64,000 nt of DNA from Yuukianura sp. NJ FZ-2021 (taxonomy: Eukaryota), in the NCBI GenBank assembly GCA_046563655.1, contig CM102287.1:3968001-4032000 (forward strand), in the 5' to 3' direction. This document shows positions 1 through 12,643 of this stretch, piece after piece (the stretch's first letter is position 1; each line of letters opens with the position of its first letter). Below the pieces are notes generated by a model. The model worked only from the letters and a program-made list of their open reading frames with translations, was not told where the DNA came from and did no database searches. A program made the translations under genes and the position numbers.

Positions 1-1524
1 CAAAGAAGAAACGACGATTAGGAGCCCTTCGATGGATTTCTGAAGTCCCCCCTGTCGAACATCTCAAAAAAATGTTTGAACTCTTCACAATTTTTGGAAT
101 TTTGAGAGAAGGACTTAAAGGGCTCCAGCTGAGACATTCACTTTGGAAATGAGTCGAAAAACACTTTAATTTATCATCACTCGACAGAATGAAAACGAAA
201 TAGACATTTTGAGGTAAAACTTCATCATGTCCATGGAAGGCAGGCAAACAGGGTTCAAACTCACCCCATCATCATCATCATCATTTTCATCTTCAGCCCT
301 TGAGTTCCTCAATCATAAATTTAGTTGTTGTTTTTCACAGGGTGAAGTGACAGAAATATGCGAGACCTGACCAGGATTCGTCCCACCGCCCCCAAAAAAG
401 CAAACCTGAGCCGGAACCACTCTGCAGCGTCAAAAAGTTCCGAAAACCGAAACGCAGAAATTCAAAACGCGAGAAACTTCTCAGAAAACCGAAAAAAGAA
501 ACTTGAGAATCCGGTACCGGTACCGAAACGGTACTGAAATTTCACTTCTGGACAAAAACGCTGCTACCGACTTCGAAATTGAGACACGTTGCTACCGTTT
601 TCCAACTTTAAAAAACATTGAGCTCCGTGGGAGACGATCCTCTCACCCCCGAATGTCAGTCGGAACGCTACACCAGAACGCCGATCCTCCTCGTCTGCAG
701 GAACGTCAAATTCCTAGATGGCGCTGTGTTTTGAGTTATTTGACGATGGAATTGCTCCAGCTGGATCCCAGTTTTTAAGTATTTTTGGATAATGGAGTCT
801 GTTCCGTCGTGGGTTTTGGCCTTATGTCTTGAGGGAGTTGGAAGTTAAGAGAGGAGAAGGACGAAACGACGACGCTTGAAGGGAAAGAACTGGGAGGAGA
901 AGGGAAAAACCAGAAATTTATCGTCAAGTTCGGCGTGATTCGTGAAATTGTAATAAATCGTCACGGCGAAGCATTTTTGTGAGAGATTTGTAGCCAGACC
1001 CTCCCTTCAGATGCTGAGACTTTGAGAATTTTGAGATTTATGTTTGACGAGTCTTTGAGATTTATGTGACAAACGAATGTAACCCCCCCCCCTCCCGTCT
1101 TCCTACCCGCCAACCCCCGCCCCCATGTACATACTTTATGAGGCCTATAACTCATACTCACCTCTTCCTTCATCTTCAACCTCCTCAAAAAGTTAAGTAG
1201 AAAAAAAAGTTAAGTTTTTAAAAAAAGTTTTGGTAATTGAGAACTGAGTAGCCATTGACTCCGTTCCTAAAGCCCTCCCCACCACACCAGTTCCAATCAA
1301 CATTCATCAATGGTCTGAGTCAACTCAGTTTCTCAGGAAATAAAGTTGATGAACTGCGCAGGAGCGGCAGTGACCATGGGCAGCAGGTATTCTGAACAAT
1401 AGTTTGAAAAATGGGCTTGTTTGAACAAAGGACTGAGAACACAAAGACTTGGAAACAGTGACAGAGACAATGGACGGAGAAGTCATAAGAGCCAGGACCA
1501 CCAGCACAAATTTCAAATCCAATT

Positions 1525-1790
1525 TGACAAACGTTTTCTAGACATTTGGCAACGTTTTCAAACGTACTTGAGAAATTTTGCAACGTTTTCAAACGTTTTT
1601 CAGACATTTGGTAACGTTTTCAAACGTTTTTCAGACATTTGGCAACGTTTTTAAACGTTATGCAGAAATATAGCAACGTTTTCAAACGTTTTTAATATAT
1701 TTCGTAACGTTTTCAAACGTTTTTCAGAAGTAACGTTTTCAAACGTTCGTCAAAAATCTCAAAACGTTTCTCATTACAAAAACGTTTTGC
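1525..1790. repeat. Degenerate ~31-bp minisatellite built on the AACGTT palindrome (AACGTTTTCAAACGTTTTTCAGACATTTGGC)
   Basis: About 8 successive units seen directly; accounts for the repetitive spurious ORFs 1320..1607 and 1421..1654. Confidence 0.85.
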
Positions 1791-1871
1791 TGTGTGAGTG
1801 TAAGCAGTCAGAACTTTCTCCCAAGCGTTACCTAAAACATTCCTACGCATGTGCAGTACCGAATCTTTGCA

Positions 1872-2145
1872 GCATGCGCATGGCGGGAAAAATTTTCAAA
1901 CTCCAGAGTGAAAGCAGAGCTTGCAAGTTTTCACCGGAAGTAAGAAACCGGAAACGCCGAACTTTGGTTCACTTTGGCACGATCGCGCAGCAGCAGAATC
2001 CCAAATTCGAAATTCCTACCTTTCTCTTTCCCGCCTTTGCTTTTTTAATTTCTCCTAACCAAAATGGCCGCCGTTTTGGACCAATTTCCAGGAAATTCGT
2101 TTCTTTTCTCAACCTTAAAAGTTTTGGAGTGAAATCGTTGTGAGT
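1872..2145 (+). promoter_or_regulatory. Housekeeping-type promoter-like motif cluster with a possible non-coding first exon
   Basis: GCATGCGCA (NRF1/Ewg-like) 1872, TGGCGGGAAA (E2F) 1881, CCGGAAGT (ETS) 1934, TTTCCCGCC (E2F) 2027, AAAATGGCCG (YY1/Pho) 2061, donor-like GTGAGT 2140. Confidence 0.45.
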
Positions 2146-5100
2146 TTTTCGTTGGAATCGTGAAATCCTGGCAACTCCCCCTCAAAGTCTCTCCTTTTAG
2201 CTTTCACTCTTATGCCTTACCACTTCTCTCTCCTTCGGTCCAAAAAGTCGGCACTTTTCCCTCATAATTTACTGCTCGTATAAATCAGGGTGAATAAAGT
2301 CTGTTGCCTATAAATCACGGGTCATTTCCTGTCTCCTTCAAAGACCAAAATCCGTCCAAAACAATTTCATGTACAAGTTTCTTCTTTAACTTAAGAGAAG
2401 TAAGGAGAAAAGGCTTAGCAAAATGGTTACTCCAGAGGGAAAAGTCAACTCAAAGTTAGCTACTTTTGGTTCGACCAAGCTTTTTTTGGCGGCAAGGGAA
2501 GTCACTTTGTCGCTAAAGTGAACGTCGCTTGGACTGCGCCGTCGCTGAGGTGGAACGACAACGATAACACTCCGAATTTCCAAAAAAAAGTGTTGTAACA
2601 AAAAAATTGACCTTGGACATGCCCCTGGTGACGCATCATGGTCAATGATGGTCATGTCATGTCGACGCATGCGTAAATTTACACAGTAAATTTACATCTT
2701 CGCATGTGTCATATACCCCCAGGGTTGAAATTTTGACGTAGGATAGTAAATTTGTCGAAATTTTTGTGGTTTTGATCCAACCCCAAAAAGTCGTCACCGT
2801 ATACAATCAAAGTCGTGACTTGAGCCTGACTCGGGATTTGCAAATTTCAAATTTTGATTTGCAGTTTTTGCAATTTTTTGAAACGTGCAATTTGCAAGTG
2901 GAAAATTATTAAGACGAATGGGAAACTTCATAATTTGTTTTCCTGTCAAAACGCAATTTGTAAAAAAAAGGAGTTGAAAGTCGAGGTTACAAGTTTAAAC
3001 GACACAACGGACGCGAATCAACAGTCACGCAAATCTGCACATGAGCAGAATTACGGACCTGTGCAGATCCTGACCTTCTGACCTGCATTTGACCTGCAGA
3101 TAGAAACTGACCAACAATGCAAAACGCCTGAGGATAGTTTCAGGTCAAGTGTGCTGGTTTGAAAGTGAGATGACCTGCAGCTTTTGACCTGACCTGAATC
3201 TGCAGGTCAGGAGTGGGTGGCCGGGGGTTCGGAACTGAGCATGCGCAAAGTCCAAGGTCTCTATGTATGGATGATGGCGCTGCCAGAACCATGTCGTCCT
3301 ATGGGCTGAAACTTTTGTTGTAAGTTGTTGGAACTGTGTGAGTTGGGAATGGAGGAACCCATCACTCCTGTCACCATAAATTCTCGGGTTTTGAGTCTGC
3401 CGAGTCTGCCATTCATCAACGGGGCGACTCAGAAGGCATCAGACGTTTCCAAAATATATAATTCTTACCGTTTCTGACAATCTTAATGGCTCAAATGCTC
3501 TTTTTTCCCTCCCTCATGCATTCTACCAACCAAAAGCGCTTTAGCTCAGTCGTTTGGGTCCAAAAACTTATAAGGCAGAGTCAATCCAGGGCCCTTTATT
3601 GCCCCCGGTGGGGCCTGGGTGCAGGGCCCCCCTCCCCTTCCACCTAACTCATCAATGCACAGATCTGTCACCGACCATCCACCACCCTTTGTTTCCCATA
3701 CTCAGGGTAAGACTAACCACTTTCTACCAAAATGTCAACAGCAAAACGCCCAACACTTCAATTTTGCCTACCAACAAAACTGCAATCCAACTTCCAAACC
3801 AATCTAACTCTTAACACATTTTGCCAATATTTAAAGTTCTCCAGTGTTGCTCATTTTGCAATTGACCATTTTGCTATTTGGGGATTTGTGCTCGGAATTC
3901 ACTTTCTTGTATAGATATTCTCGGATGTGTAATTTTTTGCCTATTGAATGAGTAAATGTTGGGGTGTTTTGCTGTGGCGGGTTTTGTTGCGTACGGTTTT
4001 GCAAGTTACCAATTTTGTTCTTCGGTCGCAAAAATGCAACTTTTTCTCGTATTGCCTGCGTAACGAATGTTTAGATTTTTTTTATATGCGTGTTTTGGTG
4101 TTGGCTGTTTTGTGAGTTGACAATTTTGTTCAATTTGGATACTGATAGGCCTGTATGCGGTGACATTCTTGAACACGGTTTGAAGCTAGGCGTGCTTTAG
4201 CTTAACTTCCAGCCGTATGGTAGTTAAGAGGCGACAGTTTGGGATTCATCAATGGAATGGCAGGATTTATGACCTCATCTTGAAGAGAGCCAAGATGGAA
4301 GATAGACTTTGGACGGATAGACACACAGTTACACTTTGTAACGTCTACAACGTTACACTTTTGTAGAACGTCTTTGTATCTGTTTCCGCACTGAGTAAAA
4401 CTGTCTTTGCTTTTTCATTTTTCCCGTTCTTTAGAAACACCCCAAATGAATCACAGAATTTGCTAATAACCCGAATCTCAAACCAACCCATCACACGACT
4501 TATTAGGCGACAACTTCTGACAGAACAGAGTCCAAAGTTTTATGTTCGTCTAAAAAAAAGTTGACACGAATCTAAAAAATTGCAAACTATTTTTAAACAA
4601 AACAATCTTCTGTTTTTCTAAAAAACCAAATCAACATATCTAAAAAACTCGAAATTCAAACCTCAAAAGTTCAACTTTCTCCGCCGCACTTTCTCTTTCT
4701 GTTGGCGTCTTTTCAGTTTTTAGTGAATTTGTGAAAAATCGTGACTTTTGACCAGCTTTTTGAAAAATTACGAAAAAGTGGAAAAACCCTGTGAATTTTT
4801 TTCGTGTTAGAAGTGGGTGTGAATTGGCGGATTATTTTGAAAGACGAAGATGAAGAAGATGGTGAGGCTATTTTTATATTAGAAGGTGGATCTGTGAGAG
4901 TGTCTCTTCCTTGATTCTGTCTTTTGCTTCTCTTCCAAAGATTGTTCAGTGTGGATTGCCAATGAAGGATAATTCGAACCACATGTCAACGATTAATCTC
5001 CAGTTATTTTAAGCAGCAGATTGATGCCTTCACTCTAACCGAATTCCTCCAAGTCAAGAATCTTCCATTCCTGGTCCCACCAACAGCCTCCTCCGTCACT

Positions 5101-8100
5101 CAGCCAAACACCCCACGCTTTCATCAAAACACTTCCACCACTAACCTAACATAACTGGACGCTCAAAACGCTACTAACCTAACCAGTATAATATGAGAGG
5201 ACCAAGGTTAAGGTAAACCTGATTTGGCCAAAGACGAGGCTAAACCAAAAATTAATACTCAAGTTGTAACTGGGCCCCCAAAAAGTTAAGGCATGTTCAC
5301 ACTTTAAAGAAAAAAAAACAGTTTTTCAAAAAAAAAATGTCAGAATTCTATCAAAAACTAAAAAAAATTGTTTCAAAGTTAAGCTTGCTTCACACAATAT
5401 TTTTTAGACTTTTTTTTAACATGAAGTAAAAATTTGTCCACGCATATTTTTCCGCGGACGGATGTTACGCGGTTATCTTTTTTTTCGTTTTAATTCTGTT
5501 TTCCGATCCAGGATGTGTAGGAAGTGGGATTTTTTTTTCGTGAAAAAAATTAGAGCTGGAATGAAGTCGGAGGTGAATTCCCTTAAGCCCAATAATGACC
5601 CCTCTCTTTTCCAAATGGACTTTTGGAGTGAAGGAGGACTTGAAGGGTCCCTGGAGTGTGCGTCGACCCTTGAAACTATGGTCATCTCATATGGAGACAA
5701 GACTTGAGAGGAGGCTTTGATTGATGGTTTGACGCATCAAGTTCAAAACAATGAAAACTTCACAGTCACTCCTCTTAAGAACTACAAGGAGGAAAAAGTA
5801 AAGGAATCCCTTTGTATTTTTTTCGTGTCCAAAATGTATCCGGTTGTAAGATGAGAACTTATCTTAACTGCGTGGGACTCAAAAGTGAACTTTTTGAGTC
5901 AAACCTGCCACAGACTCAAACTAATCAATCAATAACTTCATCTCGAAGGAATATTTGCCCCCATAGTTTGAGGGGGTGGTGGGGCCTCTCGAAGTGGGAA
6001 GATGGTGGTGGTGTTTGTGATCTTTTAATTCCGTGCTTGGTTCCTTAGGATTATTTAGCAACAAACGATCCAGTGTGGCAGAAGACAAGAAAAGATGAAG
6101 ATCCAGGAGGAGGATCATCTAATCCTTCCCATCACTAATCTCTACCACATCATCATCATCTTCACATACACCTTCCTTCACTTTACTAACTTCATTCTTT
6201 ACTACTTTTGCATCTGCAATTTGATCAACAAGAATTTGATCAACACATCTCAAAAACAAATCTCACCGAAGGACCACCAGTTTACCTACTATCTAGAAAG
6301 TTCAAATCCGCACTGACTAAACTCAATATTTTTATTCTCAAGCGCCAAACTTTTTCAAAATACTCAAAATCAGATTTTTACCAAACTACTGTTAAAAAAC
6401 TTTCAAAAAAAGGTAATTTCAAATTTAAACCATGTTTTTCTACTTTAGTCGAGCAAAAAATCATCAGCTTGAAGGTTATGTTTATCACAAACTTCATCGG
6501 AAAAACTTCATCAACTTTTAAGGAAATTAAAACTGAAAATGTTTCCGGATTTAGATCCCATGGTACTTTTACTAACTTTGTGTAGTTTTTTTTTAACAAT
6601 TGGAGTTGAATGAAAAGTTGTTGATCAAATTGCTGTTGACAATTTGTCCTCACTGCCTCAACCCTGACCACCTTTCTCCCTGGACCGGAATCCAGAAGAA
6701 GACAAAAGAAAGACACATGTTGATGACGGGATGAAAATCCAGCGAAGAAAGGAGATCTTATGCCAAAAATTAACCCTTTGGATAATTTCATTGTTTCAAA
6801 GAAAGCGGCACAATCGCTCCAAAAACCATTTCTTCTGCGCAGCTTAACCCCTCCACTCCACAATCATCCTGCGCAGCTTAAATCCTTCAAGACTCCATTG
6901 TTCCAATTTTCATCAATTGTAACTCTAATGTTTAATGGACAGAGGGTGAGAGGAGGAAGTAGTTAAGTTAAGTTTTAGAGAATATAAATTTCAATGGACC
7001 GAGTTGGAATCGAACCCAGGACTGTGAGTTTGGAAGGACACAAAGTGTCCAGGTGGGTAATAAATCAGAGGAGGACAAAAGCACCACCAGTCTGACCCAT
7101 CCAAAAATCCAAATCATCCTCACTATGTACTAAACCAACTGAACCCTCAAACGAAACAAGAATGAGTGATTGATGGGTGCCATTAGGACTGACACTCTCA
7201 GTTTCTGACTCTTCTGTTGACTCTCCACCCCACCCCCTCCCCCTGCCAAGGGGGGGAGAGTTACCCACTTTTCATCTTCTGCTGTTATGTTGGAGGGAGT
7301 TGAAAAAAACACTGAGAAAGGAGACAGTGAGCAGAAGAGAGAGCATAGTCTCAACAAGTGGGTAAAAAGTGCAAAAAAGAAAGAAGAAAAAGTGGTTCGA
7401 ACGCTTACGGTTGAGGCACAGGGGTCACCTGAGACTTCATTTTCAAAAAAGCGCGAAATTCGATCTCCCTAACCGCCATTTTTCAAAGTTCCAAAATATT
7501 TCGTTTTGTCACAAAAACAAAAGTTTATTCTGAAAAATTTGGAGAAAGTTACTTAAAAAAAGCTTTCCCTCTTCATTTCGTAGCGCGGGAAAGTTGAAAT
7601 TTGAGCAAAGTGGATCACTGGAACCGGTTTTCAACCAAGGTCAAAGGTCAGAGAAACGCACAAGCTACTAACATAGTAGCTGTTAGGTAAGGTTAGTTGT
7701 GTTAACAAAACTGTTACTTTGCTAACTTGCTTGTTTTTTGTTTGTAGAAGGCGGAGAAAGTTGAGCAAAGTGGAAACTTTGTCTTCATTTGCTAGGCCAG
7801 GAGAAAGCAAACGTTGGTTGCTACCTGTTTCAACCGGTGAAAGGCCTCAAACAACACAAACTAATCGTACAAGGTGACACAACACGCTCAAACCAACGTT
7901 TCAAAACAAAAATCAGAAAAACATAGTGTAAAACACTGTTTTTCAAATGAAAAACACAGTATTTAAAAAGCAGTTAACAAAAAAGCTTAAAAGCCAAACA
8001 AAGCTTTTAGAAATATTTCACAGGAAAATTTTGAAATTTAACTTTCTCCAGTTGTAAAACTCCAATCACATCAATGCACTTGCCAGTAAGATTAAAGTGA

Positions 8101-11100
8101 ACTAGAATCCACTTTTGTTAAAGTTAGTTATGTTGATTGAAATTCCGAAATCGAAATTGAATGTTAGAGTATATGTTAGGTTGCTTAGCAAAATTAGTGC
8201 ATGTTGATTTTGACGGAATTTAGCTTTTCGAAAAGCTTTCCCCAAGTCGAGATGCTTTCTCTCTTCGTTTTTAAAATGTTAGATTGTTAAAGTTAACCTA
8301 TTTTTGAAGTTAGCTTAGTTTTTTTTAAAGTTAGGCTCTTTTTTTGTGTGATGGGAGGGAGACATGTCTGTTTGACTTTGGATCGGTAGGTGTTTAATTT
8401 GGATGTGAGGTGGCCTGTGCAGTAGACGATTAGACTGGGGAGGCTGGAGTGAAAGTTGAAGTGAAAGTTGAAGGGCAGGGCTCAGAGCTGGAGGTTTGAG
8501 AAGACGTTTGGATGTGTTTTGGAGTGACGGCAGAAGAAGGCTGGTGCAGAAGGAGACGTGTGAGGTGGAGATCGATAGGAAATGACTGGCAACGTCCTCG
8601 GCAGTCCGTGACGGATCGATGGGAAATGACTGACATGGGCAAGACCTTAACGTGGCAACAGTGCTCGGCCTCCAGGAATCGATGACACAATGAGTGACAA
8701 CTTCCAACTTACTTCTTCTTCCTCTTCCACCACCCACCGAAATGGGGGAAACCAACTTTCTCCTACTTCCGACTCCCATGAACACCATAGCCTATAGCCT
8801 TTCACTCTACAAGGGCCACAATTATCACTAGCCTAACCATAGCTACAAAACTAAACAGAAACTTAACTAACTTCACAATTGAAACTTAACATTTCACCCT
8901 TTGCCAACTTAACTAGCTTCAATTTCAACCAAACGTGACCTCAAATTGATCCTGACCTCATATAGTTACCGGGCCAGCAAAGAACCTTGAAAGTTTTGAA
9001 ATTTTGAAAAATTGAACTAATTTTAACATGTTCATCACTTCTAAAATTAAACAGACTTTGATCTAACAATTGGACTTTGAATTTTTTTCTAACATTGCGT
9101 AGGCTGGTTAGAAACAAAAGAAATGTCAAGTAAAAGAAAGCTGATTGATGGAGGGATACGCCGCAATGATGGATGGATTTTGACTTGAAAACTATTTTTT
9201 CTTCGAAATTTCAAAATTTTTCTAAAAGTGATTGACAGTTTTCGTTAGTTAAAAAAAGAGAGTGACCCTGGACAGCTATGTATTGATGACCTTTGACCTC
9301 GCACGTCAACTCATGTCAGGCAGCTCATTTTCATTCTAGAGAAGAGAAGATTGTTGAGTGTGGAGCGAGTTCGGGAGAAAGCAACTTTCACTCTCCCCGT
9401 TTTCCCCCCATTTCAAACTTTCTTCTCCCGCCCAAAATCTAATTGGAGATTTGACCTCTGGTGACCTTTGGATGACCTTAAAGTGATAACTGACCTCTCA
9501 ACACTTACAGATCCTTGTCTCACAGTGCTTCTGTTTTCCAAGTTCTAAAGTCTATGTTCTAAAGTGTTTATGGGTGGGAAGGGGAAGAGGGGGGGTCTAG
9601 GGGGGCAGGGGTCGGCTCGACGGAGGCCGTAAAGGGTGGCTCACCCCTTTTCATTTTTATGACGGCTGTCTCTCATGCCATCATAAATTTTGAGGGTTTG
9701 AGAACATTACGTCTTCTTCCGAGGTCCTTTTCCCTCGTCCAAAACTTAACATTAAGTTCCTTCCTACGGAGTTCCTAATCTATTACCTTTTTACCCGCCA
9801 CCACCAACTGCCCCGCCAACATCACCCGCCATCTTGGAAATGACGACCCACTCTAAGCCTACTACTGCTCCACCAACAGACCCGCCCTGGACGCTCGTCA
9901 CTTCGGCCCAATTTCAACCCAAATCTCTAAATTCTTGTACTTTTTTCATTTTCAATTCCAAAATTAACTCAAATTCAAAGTTTTCAAACACTTGACTTGG
10001 CTGCTAGCCTAACATTTGGAAGATCCGAAGATTCCAAAATTTTAGGTCAATTTTCCAAAACAAATTTCAAAATTTTGAAAAGAGAGACATGGCGGGCGAC
10101 AGAGCAGTGACATGACAAGGACTGACGTGTGGTCAGACAATGGATCAAAACTTAATCAGATCAAAAGCTCTTGGAAAGTTCGTGACCTTCCACTTTCAAT
10201 TTCCAGTCGGAGGTCATTGACCTCCGGTCAAAACCAATCACGAGACACAAAATGTCAGTCCAAAGTTGTCACACTGATGTCATCAACGACATGGAAGTCA
10301 ACGTTATCTCACTAATCAGAGAAACTAAAACATTATGACCCCTGACCTTTGACCTTGGCAAACCATTTTTGAGACTTTTTGACCTTGCGAGGTCAAAACG
10401 GCCGCTCGGAAATTCGTGGCAACTAATTTTTCGGACTTTTCCATCACTGATCACATGTGAAAAGGAATGAGTGGCGCGAAGTTTTGTAAAAATTTAAAAA
10501 TTTTCAAACAGGTTTTCTTTGTTTTGTTCGAGATGTGACAGGATTCGAGATGTAGGTCAAAGGTCACGGTTGGGTCGATGCATCAAATGCAAATTTTTGC
10601 GGGGAAAATGCAAAAAGAAAGCTTCCTTTCTCCGAAAAACTTTTTTCTTGGTCCAATAAGACTCCAAGACTTTCACTGCACCAAACGCTTAGACTTTTAG
10701 AAAGAAAACAGACCATTTCTCACGTGCTTTTAGAAAAGTTCGTTCCTCCTATTGTTCTAAACATCTAAAACCAAAACTATTGTTTTAAACAAAACGTTTC
10801 AAATCCAATCCTCCATTGTTTGAACCGTGGCGGGCTGGTTTTGATTTTCAAGAAAATGTCATGGGTGTGGTGACTTGTGCAGTTTTAAATGAATTACAAA
10901 AGTTAATCAGAATCAGAAGAAACTCAAAATGGAACATTTTTTTAGTTTTTTGAAATTTCGAACAAGAAACAAAAGGCTGCCGCTGCCCTTCCGCCTCGAA
11001 AAGAAAGTGTCCGTCAGAACCAGAAAAACTTTTTCAACTTTTTGACATGTGTCAGTCACAGACTTCCAACATTCTAATTCTTCCTCTTAAAAATTTCTAA

Positions 11101-11771
11101 ACTCAAAGCCCCTCCCTGGCTCTAAACACGTTTTTCAAAATTCAAAAATCAGATTTTTAAAAAAATTTCAAAAAACTTACATTTAATCCGTTTGGGACAG
11201 TCTTGCTTTCGACGCGACATGTCTCACCGAAAAAGCTCGGAGAAAGTTGTAGCCTTTCTCTCTTTCTTTTTTTGTTGTGAGAAAAGCCAGTGAAAAAGTT
11301 AAGTACAATAGAGATGTGGAGACACTTGGCAATGACTTTCTCGTTAATTTTGACTTGTCCAGTGGAAAGTCCAGTACTTGAGGAAAACCAGTAACAAAGA
11401 AGTGATTGCTGGGAGGTTATGTTAAGTTTTTAGGGTTATGGAGGTTTTTGCAGCGTGTTGTGAGCTTGAAATCTACCTGTCAACTGATCGTCACGTCCTG
11501 TGTTGGGCCTAAGTTGGGATTTGAAGTTGAGGACGACCGGGTGATGGACGTGGAAACCCGCGAGTGCGCTTTCCTTTCCCGCCCCTCTCTTCTTCCGATC
11601 TTCCCACACTAAAACAGCTTCAGCATTCGACTCCACACAGGCTTCAACTGCTCGACTTCTAAGCAGAGAATGCCGCATCTTCTCAAGAACAAAAAAAATC
11701 ATCTCTGGATGGACTCTTTTCAGTCAAGGAGATCACAGCCTCTCCAGAAATTGGGCTAAGCAATGGACACA

Positions 11772-11823
11772 AACAAATTGTCACCAACAAATTGTCACGA
11801 ACAAATTGTTCCAAACAAAAGTC
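11772..11823. repeat. Short 14-bp tandem repeat (AACAAATTGTCACC), 3-4 copies
   Basis: aacaaattgtcacc aacaaattgtcacg aacaaattgttcca aacaaaagtca. Confidence 0.75.
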
Positions 11824-12643
11824 AAAAACACCAAAATTTAACAAAACTAACCTAACATTTCCAAATTTTTCTAAACTTGGCCTCCTAACATTATCCTCGT
11901 CTTAGTTTTAAAGTTTTACTTTCACTTTTGAATAAAAAAAAATTCACGCCGCGAACGCGGATAAAAACAATTCGATAAAATTGGTGTTGTAGCAAAAACG
12001 ACGCAATTTTCATACATTTAATTTTCGTTGTTAATTCTTTGTATTAAAAGTTGTTTCTTTTTTCTGGGAAAACAGACAAATTTTTCTGAAAAATTCGCGA
12101 GTTTCTTTAAAATTGTTAAAAGTTAAGCCTCATTCACACCAGTTCTTGCAATTTTTTTTTCTTTGAAGGATGAAGTCATAAGTGGATTGGTTGCCAAAAG
12201 ATGATGTTTTTTTGACAAGATTTCTAGTTAAGACAGGTAGGTGAATAAATCTTGTCAAGAGCAATTAACCAACCTACTTGACCTTCAACCCCACTCCACC
12301 TGCAATTCACTTCAATCACAAAACTACAATTCCTTACTAATTTGTCATTTTGAAAAAAAGTGAACCAGGATGTTTCTCACTTGTTTAAAGCAATTAAAAA
12401 AAATTAACAAACTTCGACAACTTTTGGACTCAGTTCTGAAGTTAAAATATGAATACAAATCAAAGTAAAATAGTAGAATAATTATCGCATTTGTGTATTT
12501 TCATAATTTCAGACTTTTTTGAAAATTGAATTTTTGCATCATTTCTGTTTTTCGATTATAATTGAAGCCACTTTTCTTGTGTGAATTGGAATTTTCTTGT
12601 GTTTCGGTTCTTCGGTTTGAGTTTCATTCGGAACGACCATCAT

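Noticed and set aside
5281..5586. PIF/Harbinger-like element starting TAA-GGCATGTTCACAC (similar starts at ~5380 and ~12124)
   Set aside because: No convincing matching inverted terminus was found.
6995..7065. Functional tRNA-Gly gene
   Set aside because: No A-box/D-arm and no 5' strand to pair with the acceptor stem; only a relic.
8315..8788. 157-aa ORF (and the 161-aa ORF at 6378..6863)
   Set aside because: No recognisable domain, low-complexity or biased composition, and no convincing splice partners; treated as chance ORFs.
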